DNA from: Catajapyx aquilonaris
Lineage: Eukaryota
Direction of reading: 5' to 3'
Assembly: GCA_000934665.2 (NCBI GenBank)
Contig: JYFJ02002856.1
Span: 1 to 49,817 of the forward strand
DNA: 49,817 nucleotides
Positions 1-12,485 of this stretch are shown one piece after another. The notes beneath the pieces were generated by a model, which did no database searches, had not been told where the DNA came from, and saw only the letters and a program-made list of their open reading frames with translations. A program made the position numbers and the translations under genes. The stretch's first letter is position 1. Each line of letters opens with the position of its first letter.

Positions 1-216
1 CATCTGCCGGCAAGGCCGCTCGGGGAACCGGGGGAGTTGGGGGTATACATTAATTTCGCGATCTCGGGTTAGCGTCTACATTTAATTTGGCGATCTCCAA
101 AACGGCTGGGAAATTCGCGGTTTTGAGGATTTTTGGATATTGTAAATCGGTGGCAAGGAATCCAACGGCGTAAGTCCGACGTCTTTGCGACGCCGGGAAG
201 TGCGAAATCTTTTTCA

Positions 217-243
217 TCCTCCTCCTCCTCCTCCTCCTCCTCG
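217..243. repeat. (TCC)n microsatellite
   Basis: Direct tandem TCC run. Confidence 0.9.
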
Positions 244-1975
244 GCGTGGGGCTTTATATATATTAGATTCGCACGTTTCATATCACATTATTTTGTTTTC
301 TCAATATACCGTACCCTAATGTTTCTTTTTTGTACACAATACATGTGTAGAAGATGGCCGGACTAGTGTGGGATGATCCATTGGATCGTAAACATTTTTC
401 AGCTTTTTAAAGTTATCTGCTACTTTGCAATGTCAATAGATGTGGCGAATCGAGTACTGAAAAATAATGTAACAAGTACTCTCTCTAATACGCTCTAATA
501 CACTCGTATTTAAGTCGCAAAATTCTTCACTCTCGTGATTATTTTATTAGGCCTATATTCTCGATATTGTGTGCAATATATTTTCTCCATAATTACGAAT
601 GTATTATTTTTTGAGGGCATATTCTACATTTGGGAAATGTTTTCATGAATATATGCACTATTTTTACGAGTCTTTGGTGTAATATATTTAAGCTATTTTT
701 AGGTAAGGTACTGTACCATGCAAAATAGTATTACCATTAATCCAAATGAGGGTACTGCTTATGTCATCTGAAATGAATTTTCACATGATTTGATGCATTA
801 TACACAATCATGTAATCATGGCTTAGATTTTTTGCATAATGAAAATAATTGTGTGAAAGCAACGTAAAATAAATGTAGCCTACCTTCTGATCGTATACGT
901 ATAAGGTTATATGAATGTATTATATTCATTTTCATTAAATGTATTTTCAAATAATAATTATCAAGCAATAATGATAAATAAAGCTGCAGTGTAAATGCAT
1001 TAAATTGACGACTCTAACAACACTGTCTGTGATCAGCTGATTTTGACATATTACGTCTGGGGGTGGTGTTTTTCCTTTAGTGGATTTCAAGTCATGCACC
1101 CGAACGTGACATCATGGAACTTAAATCAGATTATCTCCTATACACCTAGCATATAAAAATCGGATAATTGCCATTTACTCTGATTTGACAAGTAATGCAA
1201 TCTAATTCACACGGGTCTCCTTTGAGAAATTTATTCACTCGACAGATTAATAAATTATAAGGCGCTATGATAGCTAAATGTGATGTGTAGGTCGTTTACC
1301 AGCTTGCTGATTATTGTACCCCTCCAATCAGTGCCCTAAACTATTTTCATTCTAACTTAGCTCACGACGGAGTATAGTTCAATAAATTTATTTTTGTAAT
1401 TTTCAGAAAATGCTCAATAATTATAGTTATTTAAAAAAAAAATCCGCGGACATTGTGAGTCATAATGTGGAAAATGGCTTCACTCACCGACAGAACCATG
1501 GCTGAGATTATTGCACATCACTGTATCAAGAAAACTAAGTGACATGTCTTCATATTACGCAATGCTCCGTATCACAATGTAATCATGAATGAGCGTGTGG
1601 GTGAGAGGTGTCTTTTAACATTTATTCTGCGGATGAAACGGGTGGCAGTGTTCCCCTGTTCAGTGGATATTAGGGCCATTTTTCACGGACATTTAAAGCA
1701 CAGCGTGTTCAATATTTCACCACTGTGGAGGTGCATACGGTTATCGTGCAAGTTCATTCAGAGGTTGATAACGTCATCATTCCTGTTGCAAACTTGGGGG
1801 TACTGACATGCTAATGCTAGTGCCGGATTATATATTTCATTTTGCACCAGAATTAGAGACATGCAGTCACATTGCCATTTCTGTCTGTCGCTTACTGGTC
1901 GGTTCCATATCTCTCACAAACAGCCATATCATTCATGTTGTGCTGATTAAAACAGTTTATTAAAACCAGAAATGC

Positions 1976-1977
<2 letters not shown>

Positions 1978-2031
<54 letters not shown>
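1978..2031. repeat. (AAT)n microsatellite
   Basis: About 18 perfect AAT units. Confidence 0.95.
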
Positions 2032-2032
<1 letters not shown>

Positions 2033-2497
2033 TAGCTGATAAGCGCATAATATATTCCATGTCGTGCACTTACCCTGATGACTGCTGCATATACTCCCCC
2101 TGGAGCTTATGGTGGCAGGTCGTCATTACTCCTATCAGCGCACGGATCCTGGCTTTTTGGGACAACTTTTCCCAAGTGAAGGCAGGCTCGTTTGCAGCGC
2201 ATCTCGGACAGGAAAACGCACTGCTGCCGACTTAACGTGCCGCACACTTGAAGACAGGTGACAGCCACAGCACCCGATTCCGATGCTAATTTAAGTACAA
2301 AGCTTCTGCTTTCGGATCGATGCTGTCTCGCAGATCCCAACACCAACACCTACTGCCAGATTGACATCGGCCTGTCTTATAAGCTGCTCAAGACTTTTCC
2401 TCCATTTTCGGTTCACCAACAAAATAATTGCCTTTGCAACTTCACCACCTCAGTTGAGAAACTGCCGACCTTCTGTCGATACAAAACTACTTCTCTA

Positions 2498-2898
2498 CAA
2501 GGTGTGTACGAATAAATCTGCCAATATGATACGGGTGGTAGGCGATACATATGGCAGAAGCATGCCATGGATCCGAAAGGCCGGCGACGATCTGTTTTGG
2601 AGTTGTAGACCTTTGACGTCGACGATGTCCATCCTGACAAACACGGATACCCCAGTACATGCCTGCATTGCTGGTTGCCGGAGTCAGACGCTCGCACTAC
2701 CAGACCGTTGCTCAACAGCCAGACTCCGACAACCAACAATGCATGCATGCTGCATGGGGGTTTCCATACTTGTCAGGTTAGACAACGTCAACGTCAACGT
2801 CAACATCCTCGACGGCCTTTCGGACCCATGCCATTCTTCTTCCATATGCACCCCCTACCACCCATATCATTTTGGCAGATTTATTCGTATACACCCTT
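2498..2898. mobile_element. Diverged fold-back MITE, Tc1/mariner CAGGGTG-type
   Basis: Left TA-CAAGGTGTGTACGAATAAATCTGCCAA... is the reverse complement of ...TTGGCAGATTTATTCGTATACACCCT-TA; imperfect arm pairing continues inward to a loop near 2695-2715. Confidence 0.8.
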
Positions 2899-3693
2899 AT
2901 ATACGTTCCAGGCTGTGCCCACCCATTTTTGTTTCCGCTTTTCACAACTTTTATTTATCGCAGAATTTAAATAGCTTATTTTATCAGCTTAGCAGTATAG
3001 GGTGTTTCCTCGTTGTGTGCTTCGGTCATGTAGGTCCAAAACTAAGGAACATTATTTTAGCAATATGATATGAGAATGAGTGTTGTATCATGAAAGAAAG
3101 TGTGACCTGACCTCTTTGAAAGGTGGTCGAGGTGATTTTGATGACTACCGAGCAATCCTGAGCTTGCAGGGTATCTTGTCGGCCCAATGACGTGATGGAG
3201 GAGGGATGGAGCTGGCTTCGTGGGTAGGCTGATGCGGTGAGCATGAAAGGGAGCTTACCGAGGGAAGATTCCCACCGCATATGTGAATCCAGCTTATGCC
3301 ATACCTATTTAACATTAATTTTTAATTCTGGTGGACTTTGTAGCTCTGGCGAAATATTATTATCGTGTTGAGAGAAGGATCTAGGATCACAGGACTATAT
3401 CTTAGAAACAAGATGACAACACCCTTTAAAGTTTAAAGGTTACCCTAAACAAGAGGTGAACGTTAAAAATGACAGGTACACTTTAGTCCAAAAGCATGGT
3501 AAAGGCTATTAAAGGCCTAGGCCTCTAGGAGTCTAGGTGCTATCTCAGTGAAGGGAGTGATAGGTCTGATTTTTGAACCATAAGATGGCAGAAACACCCG
3601 TATAATTATCTCATTTGCGGCCAAAAGTGGAGTTATCCTGTTTTGCACCAAACCCGTCAATTTCGTAATAAAGGTAGTCAGGTGACACACTAA

Positions 3694-3820
3694 TGCCTGG
3701 TTGCACTAACAAAATTACCGGTCCGATAGCTCCTAACGGACCGATAGCACATGTTAAAAGGTCTACCTATCTGTCCATTAGGAGCTATCGGACCGGTAAT
3801 TTTGTTGGTGCAACCAGGCA
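3694..3820. mobile_element. PIF/Harbinger-type (Tourist-like) palindromic MITE, 127 bp
   Basis: ~50-bp near-perfect TIRs TGCCTGGTTGCACYAACAAAATTACCGGTCCGATAGCTCCTAA; TAA at 3691-3693 and 3821-3823 as TSD. Confidence 0.8.
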
Positions 3821-6661
3821 TAAATATTTAGTGGGAGCCAAGTGTATGTCTGTCAAGTGTTTTTATTCGAAGCTGTCATATCATTGTACCCTTTATTACA
3901 GCCATGCTTTACTAATCAGTATTATCAAAAAAATGTTTTTTTCTGTCGAAAGTTTAATATCAGGAGATGTGATTATGATGGCTGTTACCAAGTTGTAATC
4001 GTAATCCATGCTATTTGACTTCCTGGCGTAGTTTGAAAATTTTGTAAGAGTCTTCAGGAATATTTTCACATCTACGTTACTCACAGAGGTAACTGACGTG
4101 CAAGTATACAGTACAGATTTGACTCATGAGAGAATTTTCTGTTTTTACATTGCTTGCATGGTCCTTCGTAATCATGCGGAGGAGGGAACGGGAGAAGGTT
4201 TGTCTTTTTTTTTGTAACTCTCATCATATGAGCCTCAGGCGTAAACACTATTGAAGAGTGGAAAATGCATTCCATTCCTAGCTATACAGCTGCACTAGAG
4301 GTAATAATTGCTGCTTAATTGTGTTTCATATTAAGTGCCTTGAGCCATGCTACACGCGCATATCTTACAGCAGGCTGTAGCGATTTGTCCAAACTCTGTT
4401 GTTTTTGGCATGGGTATTGGAGTAACATCTGGTTGCACCGCCTCCAGAAATCTTTTTTGTTACTGGAAGCGAATTTGAAAAATTTGTTCTTCGTTGTTTT
4501 GCAAAATTTTAACGGCCATTTTTAGTCGACAAATGTTTTATGGATGTTCTGCAACCGGACCTCAGTAGTCCATTCAGGTTATAGGACTATATTTGAGCAT
4601 TAATATGAGTCGCCTGTCCATCGGTGCAAGATTTTAGCTGACTTTCCTTCCAGGCTGTGTAATTATTTGGGCTCGTCAGCCCAGAAAGAGAAATATTACA
4701 AGAGAAGAGAAGAATATCTTACACTTCTGACCTGGAATTCCAATCAAAAAAGTACCGGGAGACAAAAAGGCCCTGTCACAGAGCTGCCAACAAAATTTCC
4801 ACATAACAGTAAAAGTAGTGGTTTAGGCTTAATTCAGATAGGTTAGGTGAAAACAATGAAATAGTAGATTTGGCGTGAGAAGATTACGTTAATATAAGTG
4901 AAATTAAGTTTTGTGGCAGCATTTTCGGGGGACAAAATGAATCGACACTATATCGGTTAATGTTAGGTGGTCAAAATGTAAAGAACGCTAGGTTTGAGGA
5001 CACCGTAGCCGCTAGCACCAGGTTCATTTCTTGGGTAGAGAAACTTTATCGACTCCATCAAAAGAATGTTTCAATGAAATGTACAGAATAATATTATGTA
5101 TTAAACTCACAGCTCAGTTAATACACACGATTCCTTTATTGTCTTATACTTTTAGCTCTTCCAAAAAGGAATATGTTGAAAACCACCGTTTTCATTATTT
5201 TCTCCTCACACAATATTATTCAGTTACATTTTTACACATGAAACAACAGTGAAAGCATTGTAAACTCGTAAATGAGAATGAACTGAAATTGCCTTGTTAT
5301 AAATTTCTGGTGTGTTCTTGATCCCCAGGCGCTTGTAGTTTCCGTGACAACGTCAGTGTCCTTTTGACACGTACATGGCTGATTATTGCACTTTTTCTCT
5401 AACTGTGTACACGGGACACCATTGCGCCAATCATGACAACAGCCTTCGGCGTCCACCCCACACCCTCCCCAGCACTTCCTCCCCTACCGGCCTAGCCCAC
5501 AACGCCAACTGCCCCCTACTTTCCCCGACCTCATGTCACATTCAAATGACAGGTCCGGTTGTTAATTTGTTAAGCACACCATTTATCTGACAGAGTAAAT
5601 TACATTAGATGTGCGGCGGTGGTCCAGACCCCTCCCTTCATAAATCTACGGCCAACGAGATTATCATCGTTCCCGGATATTATTATGTCCGATCCTTGGG
5701 TGTCAGCCTAATGAGACAACTGCTTTAAAGCAATTGGGGTTTCGTGTTCCCGCTCAAATGCACTTCTTGTGCAGATGTGAAAGCGCAATGACACTTTCAA
5801 ATCATGCCTGTCTGCAAAAAAATGACCAAGAAATACTCATTCTATCGCCATGAATGTGTACGTCATTCAAGTGTTACTGTTTTCACGTAGAATCTGCGTA
5901 GAATATTGCATCATTGAAGGATTGCTTGCAAAACCTGGTCCGATTTTTAAAAATCGACATGATATAATTTTGTGATCACTGGTAACTCATGATTTCTTTC
6001 AGCATAATATAGTTACCGGTATTTCAATTTTTGTAGAAAATGCATTAAAACATTTTATGGTTGAACGGTACCGGTACTTATTTTTGGAATGAAGGAATAT
6101 ACTGTACAAACGCGCTAATAATGGCACCAATGGTTCACTTAATGTTAAAAAGTTACCAGCATTCAAACACGTGTAGGAATCATCATATACTCTAGTCTAG
6201 ATAGACTATCGACCAAGTCAGTTAGACCTATTTCGGTTAGGCCTACTTGTAGGCCATTTTCGCTTATTGCCCTGTGAGTGCCACTACCTGCAGCACATTT
6301 CTCACTAATCACATGGGAGAATTGGGTCGCAATCAGTGACACGAGAGTCTCCAAAATAATATTAAGTTGGTTGGTTGGGCCAACCAAAGCAACTATGGTT
6401 ATCTGGAATGCGGGAGGGTGAGAGGGAAGAGAGATTTCTGAACTATGAGAGGAAATTGGAGAGCGCCCCCCTCCCCCCAAGAAAACGGACAGAATCCCTC
6501 GAAACTCTTCTCAAATCAAAATAATATTTGCCGGAGAGAATTTGTACATTTGACACCTTCAATACAGAAATGAGGGCCACATGTTCCCACATGCCTCCAA
6601 GTTCGAATAGATTACTTTGGTTTACCTGCTCTGTTAATGTCCATTAATGTCCATATAGCCA

Positions 6662-6957
6662 CCGAAGCAGGTTGGTGTAGTGGATAATTATGGAGTCCGC
6701 ATCATGCTAATCTGGAGGTCCTGGGTTCGAATCCCGGGGCCGGCGACCCTGATCGTGGTTTTCTGTGGTTTCCCACTGTCCCCCCAGGTCAATTCCGGGA
6801 TAGGTTCCGTAAAAATAGGCCACAGCCGCTTCCTTCCGTCCCTATCCCTGGCCCCACCCATGTGCGAAGAGTCAGAAAAATAGAAGAAAACTGATGGTGG
6901 TATGCTATCCCCCTAAAAGGACTCCGCCCTATCACGTGGTAAAATAAAATAAAATAA
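6662..6957 (+). mobile_element. tRNA-derived SINE, family A copy 1
   Basis: A-box TGGTGTAGTGG, B-box GGTTCGAATCC, body GGTTTTCTGTGGTTTCCC...AGGCCACAGCCGCTTCCTTCC, (TAAAA)n tail; ~16-bp TSD AATGTCCATA(TA/GA)GCCA at 6646 and 6958; homologous to 12172-12485 and 32131-32513. Confidence 0.9.
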
Positions 6958-7350
6958 AATGTCCATAGAGCCATTGAAATTCACTACAAACAATTCAACT
7001 CACCAGGCAATGTCATCATCATGGAAACAGGCATGTAGAAGTGGCCCTATTATGGATTTCAGCTAAATCAAACTATACAGTACAGTATATTATTTACTGC
7101 GAATGTCCGTAATACCAAATAACAAGGAAGGGAAATTTAGCCTTATATAGGACTCTTTGTGATATTTTGTGAAAACATTATTTCGCCATGAATTTTGTAT
7201 CTTAGTCTTCAGGGTAGTGAATAAGTTCTTATTAATGCAGGGTGTTTCTTACTACAGTGTGTTTCTTACTACAGTAGTACCCGCAGCATAACTTCTCAAA
7301 ATGTAGACGGCTACCTCTGCCCCTCCACTGCCCCACCAGACACCCTAAGC

Positions 7351-7617
7351 CAGGGGTTCCTAACATGGGAGTCGTGCCCTCCCCCCTCCCCCCAAGGGGG
7401 CCGTGGAGCAGGTCCAGGGGGGCCGTGAGAGGCATTGTACCATATTTGGTGTTTTGTAGGAATATTGTGGGGAAATTTCTTGTATTGTTTGGCTGCTTCA
7501 TTAAAGATGTTTGGCTGCTTCATTAAAGATTTATGTATGTTACTTTTGCAAGAGGGGCCGTGGAGAAATTTTAGGTGATTTGGGGAGTCACGGGTGCAAA
7601 AAGGTTGGGAACCCCTG
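7351..7617. mobile_element. hAT (Charlie-like) MITE
   Basis: Termini CAGGGGTTCCTAAC...GTTGGGAACCCCTG; perfect 8-bp TSD CCCTAAGC at 7343-7350 and 7618-7625; subterminal GGGGCCGTG repeats. Confidence 0.95.
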
Positions 7618-7888
7618 CCCTAAGCGATCTGATTGGTGGAGAAGAGGGCAGACTGTACCCTCTGCTCCATCTTGCTGCTCCGTCACTCTTCGTCACTCAG
7701 GGAATGGTGGTACAGTGCGGTCCATAAGATTTCCACTTTTGAAACCCTACCGTGTATGGCTTAATCACAGAGGTCGCAATATTTAGGACATGCCTTTTTT
7801 GAGAAATTAGGCTGTAGGAAGTATACACGGAGTTACCGGTAATTTTGGCAAAAAATCACAGGGTGGGTAGAGTTCTCATAGGCAAGTA

Positions 7889-8078
7889 CAGTACCATTCA
7901 GAATGTTCGGTATCGATACGACTCTACATTCATCCTGACTCTCTAGGTAGCTTAGGGTAATCCCCAACACATCCAGGTCCTCACTCTCACCTCTTCCCCT
8001 CGATGTGTTGGGGATTGCCCTAGGCTACCTAGAGAGTCAGGATGAATGTAGTCGTACCGAACATTCTGAACGGTACTG
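7889..8078. mobile_element. Tc1/mariner-type fold-back MITE
   Basis: TA-CAGTACCATTCAGAATGTTCGGTA...TACCGAACATTCTGAACGGTACTG-TA; arms ~80-90 bp; TA TSD. Confidence 0.9.
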
Positions 8079-8143
8079 TACGTACTTTGAGCTTAGGTAC
8101 CCATGGCCGGAAATGCCCCCGTACGGGGGTACGGCCGGCCGTT

Positions 8144-8340
8144 TCCTCCTTTGGTCTGTTGCGCCTGGTGGGTAGGCAACCCACCGTACTCGAAGCTTGC
8201 GTCAGGCGTTCATCAGGATTTGCACTTGACTCTCGCAATTGTTGTCACCTTCGTCTCCTCTACGCGCGACACACCTGATGAACGCAAGTTTCGAGTACGA
8301 TGGGTTGCCTACCCACCAGGCGCAACATAGGAAAGGCGGA
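8144..8340. mobile_element. Fold-back element (unclassified MITE)
   Basis: TGTTGCGCCTGGTGGGTAGGCAACCCAYCGTACTCGAA is inverted at ~8290-8327; arms ~70 bp; no clear TSD. Confidence 0.75.
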
Positions 8341-8589
8341 CTCCTGTAAATGTTGAAAAATGAAAATATATTGCAAAATTTTATGCCAGTGCCTTTCTTT
8401 TTAATTCTTTTAAATTGACAAAAATATTGTTTTTTATTTATACATGCCATTTTCATTTATATATTAAGCTAATTTTATCGATTTTCTGAGCATTTAATGA
8501 TAATTTATGCAATTAATGGAAGTTCATTTAAAACGATTGATATAATTATAATTGTAAACTTTTTTATAAGTTGAAATTTCATTTGTTAG

Positions 8590-8659
8590 ATGCGGCCCGT
8601 CAATTAAAAAAAAAAAAATCTCTATGCGGCCCACGGAGAAAAAAGTTTGCCCACCCCTG
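8590..8659. mobile_element. Solo right end of hAT-Charlie-like element
   Basis: TGCGGCCC subterminal repeats followed by AAAAGTTTGCCCACCCCTG; matching left end not found. Confidence 0.6.
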
Positions 8660-9617
8660 GTGTATAGTGTCCACTGCTGTCTTGGCTTCAAACTTCCATT
8701 ATTAGATACGGTCTTCAAAATGCTTGATAATGATTCCAATCATTGTTCTCTTGTCACACAATGGCCCTCATTATGCACGCTGGTCGCAATATATTTACAG
8801 TAAATTTGTGTCACTAAACCGCAACGCTTTAATAAAATCGCTTAATGAATCGAGATATAAATTATGAAGCAATTAACACGATTCCCTTTCGCTCGTTGCA
8901 CTAGTTTAGTGTAATTTCCAATGTTGCTTTCGAATGAAAATTGCGGGAAAGGGGATAAACAGGGAATGTGGTTAACGTGCTTCTTGATTTGTGGCACATT
9001 CTACAATCGCAAGCGCAACACTGACAAGTTCATTAATTTGCACATTTCCGGAGAGCTTTGATTTTCATTTCGACAAGGTTATCTCTGCTTTGGATTGCAC
9101 AGTTCATGTTTCTGGAAATTATTTGTATGAAAATCACAGTGCGAGTTTATTCACTTATATGCGATGCAAAAATATTTGTCCTGCAGCGAGAAGTAAGTAG
9201 CATTTAAATAACTTCACACCAGCACATAAAGTAACCCATGATTCTCGTATATGAGATCCGTTAATGCCTGGTATTGTAGCCTACTTGCCTGTTATTAATA
9301 AAATTACAGCAATTTATTGTACAGTACCCCCTGCAGAAGAGGACTGAAAGTTTTTATCGTCCCTCAGCTGATAAAACAAAAATGCAGTGATAGTAACGAC
9401 TTTCAAATTATACGTAAGTAAATGGAACCACAACCAAAACGACGACGACGGACGTTGATGTTCATTCTCATCATTCTCATCAAATGGTTTCTAAAGCAAT
9501 AAGGAACAATAACGTTACAAGGTACACAAATTATTGGGTAGATTGCAACCACTGACTGATTTCAGAAGTCTTTAATTTATTGTGGGTAAAATTGCTGAAA
9601 TATTCATTGGTGCTATT

Positions 9618-9900
9618 ACGTTCAGTGGGGTTTAACGTCGGCCTATTTCTGCCTCTAAGGCTCAACACCGACGCCAGGGGGTGGTCCTCCTCCTGGAAAT
9701 TTGGCCACTCTGGGGATCTTTAACGTGCACCCGCGCAATGTCACAAGAACACGGGACCGACGGCTTCACTTCCCCTCCGAAGGAAGGCGCACTCTCACGT
9801 TTCTACCACCCGGAGAAAAGTCACCGACCTCGGCCGGGTTCGAACCCACAACTTTGGGTCTAGAGGCGAGCGCGCTAACCACTAGTCCACCAAGGCCGGC
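9618..9900 (-). mobile_element. tRNA-derived SINE with Nin/Deu-like central domain (family D)
   Basis: Minus strand: head GCCGGCCTTGGTGGACTAGTGGTTAGCG...GGGTTCGAACCC, core CCTTCGGAGGGGAAGTGAAGCCGTCGGTCCC...GCACGTTAAAGATCCC, end CGACGTTAAACCCC; 13-bp TSD CATTG(G/T)TGCTATT at 9605 and 9901. Domain name recalled from the Nin/Deu consensus, not verified. Confidence 0.85.
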
Positions 9901-10817
9901 CATTGTTGCTATTGTGATAACGCAGCAAGAATTCCTCTGTGGTTGCCGCAACTATATAAAGTGCAGTTGTGTGATTTAGACTTGCCATGGACGAGGTTAA
10001 CAAAATAAAAAGTTATTTCTTATAAAGTTATATTTGAAGCTTTGTGACACGCAAAATCATATTTTAATATGCTGTAGAGAAGAATAGCTAATGAAAGACA
10101 AATGTTGCAACCAGACGGGACATGACAGAATGGATATGAAAATATTAAACTCTACACATGTTATGCGTTGATTCAACATCGATGTTTCGAGTTAAATACA
10201 ATTAAACTATTGATACGAAATACTGAGATTGTATGGATATGCTCAATGACGTGGTCACGAAACATTGCAGATTCTCTTATTTGTAAATCATTATAGTATT
10301 AATTTCTGCCTGTCATGTTTATAGTAATTTATATGTCTCGCCGTTGAAAATGCCAGCATAAGATAGTTACCGATGTACGGTACACGACTGTTAATATGCT
10401 GCATGAAGTGACACGACAACTGCAGGTGGCAGCATATTCTCATTAATAATAACAAGTAAATGACGCCATTCACTTTGCAGTGAATTAATTCAATTATGTT
10501 ATTGTTCAAGTTCATAACGAGTTACATTCCAAATTTATTCAATTGCCATTAGCTACAATACTGGATTCATCAATGTTTGTTTAAACTCGATTCCAGCGTG
10601 GCGGGCTAGCGATCTATTGTATAATGAACTACTCAGTTTAAAAATGGTCATCATTAACCCTACTAATTGTATTGTGTAAAGAAATATTTTAATTGTGCTA
10701 AGTGAAGCGACATTGACATTATAATTATATCCCATTAGCTCCAGTGTAAAATATCGCTTGCTCTGGTTCACTTTTAATCACTACTGTTCATCATGAAATA
10801 ACTGAACTGAATATGTG

Positions 10818-10841
10818 AATAGAATAGAATAGAATAGAATA
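10818..10841. repeat. (AATAG)n microsatellite
   Basis: Short pentanucleotide run. Confidence 0.8.
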
Positions 10842-11065
10842 CAATTTTGAGTTTGTAGTGCTGTTGTACTCTCCCGCCATCTACAGTACCTTTCATGTGC
10901 TGAAGTACCAAATGAATTGGGACATGTCAAAGCTCACATATTCCACTTGTAAAATTTGTCCGTAGCTTTAACTGCATGGTAAAGCAAAACACAAAAAACC
11001 ACTTTTATCAAAACGAACTCCGGTTGGGATATGCCGTTCTTCCTCTGAGCGCCTCGATTACGAAG

Positions 11066-11623
11066 CGGTCCCGTAATGGTCCCGTATGACGTAATACCTG
11101 GAAATACCTACGAACGTAATACTGACGGATGAAAATACCAACAGACGAAATACAAAATACCGAGACCTCCGAAATATCTAATTGGAAAATACCGACACCG
11201 TCGAAATACCGAATTTAAAAAATAACGTCACCGCCAAAATACCCAATAGAAGAAATACCGATAGCCTACCGGCGTATATAACAAAATAATGCATACCTGT
11301 TTGAATGATTTGTGAATATGTTAGTAGGCCAAGTAGGGTTGGAAGAAGAATGATATATAATTTGGGGTTCATTTGCAGGGTAGAAAAATGTATATTTGAC
11401 TGTAGGAGATATCGTTATCAGTCAAACCTATAGGTAGGAGTTTTTTTCTTATATAGCTATTTCGGTGGTGTCCGTATATTTTGGAGTAGGTATTTCGCCG
11501 GTGTCGGTATGTTTTTGTATTGGTATTTTTGGACAGTGACGGTATATTTTTTTAAAGGGGTATTTCGGCGGCCGGTATTTTGGGATATCGGGATTATAGA
11601 TTTAGGCATTATGTACCAGACCA
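11066..11623. mobile_element. Mutator/MULE (Foldback-like) non-autonomous element with subterminal AAATACC arrays
   Basis: Termini CGGTCCCGTA...TACCAGACCA; many AAATACC(G) repeats in the left arm and GGTATTT in the right arm; perfect 9-bp TSD ATTACGAAG at 11057-11065 and 11624-11632. Confidence 0.85.
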
Positions 11624-11801
11624 ATTACGAAGAAGTTACTTCAATTCACCATAGTAAGGAATTAATGCGGAATCGAATGATGCATATACCTACCACATGT
11701 GCAGGGGGCTAAAACCAAATAACAGTTCCCTTCTCCTCGGTGCACGACATAAGGGGGTCGGTCACATTTGCACAGAGATTGCCACTTCACCTAGCGACAT
11801 A

Positions 11802-11913
11802 GGGTGGAATTTTCGTCCCACTCCTATAGTTACTGCTAACTTAGCAGTATCAGGGTTGGGGATGGTTACTGCTAAGTTAGCACTAAGATAGGAGTGGGAC
11901 GAAAATTCCATCC
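11802..11913. mobile_element. Small palindromic MITE, PIF/Harbinger-like
   Basis: GGGTGGAATTTTCGTCCCACTCCTAT...ATAGGAGTGGGACGAAAATTCCATCC; ATA on both sides. Confidence 0.75.
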
Positions 11914-12171
11914 ATACTCTCTAAACTTAGGAGTGACATGAGTAGTTCACATGACGAACAGCATCAGAAACGGTTAGTAAATAAATAAATAAATAATTTC
12001 ACTTTTTTGGCTTGCTTTTGATCCATCCTCATAGTAAAAATGACAATATATTAGTGAACAATGTTATCTGCTTCGCTATATATTTATAAATAAGTGCTGA
12101 TTATAATGCTACCTATTTCAGTAAATTGAAGCAGTCCCATGTCCTTCATATCTTTCACACCCCTATAATAT

Positions 12172-12485
12172 TTATTTATATTTATTTATTTTATTTATAT
12201 TACCCCATTGGGAGAATCGGCGCTCCATTAGGGGGGTGGAATACCACCACCATTTTACCACTCAATCTTTCTGAAATCTTCCTCACACATGGATGGGGCC
12301 AATGATATAGGGAAGGAAGAAAGCGGGTGTGGCCTATTGTATGGAAGCGACCCCGGAATTATCCTGGGGGGGGGGACCATGGGAAACCTTAGAAAACCAC
12401 GGTCAGGATCGCCGGCCCTGGGAATCGAACCCAGGACCTCCCGATTAGCAGTAGGACTCCTGAACAACTACACCAACCTGCTTCG
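12172..12485 (-). mobile_element. tRNA-derived SINE, family A copy 2
   Basis: Reverse-complement homolog of 6662-6957, (TAAA)n tail; 15-bp TSD ACACCCCTATA(A/T)TAT at 12157 and 12486. Confidence 0.9.

Noticed and set aside
2361..3068. Longest ORF (235 aa) as a protein-coding gene
   Set aside because: Runs across a palindromic MITE, non-ATG start, no recognisable domain
5232..5456. Cys-rich ORF as a CXC/tesmin-like domain
   Set aside because: Cys spacing does not fit well and no flanking homology is recognisable
6662..6740. tRNA genes here and at the other A/B-box heads (9830-9900, 12410-12485, 16614, 32050-32123, 32440-32513, 34360)
   Set aside because: No complete cloverleaf or acceptor stem; each continues into a SINE body with a tail, several with TSDs
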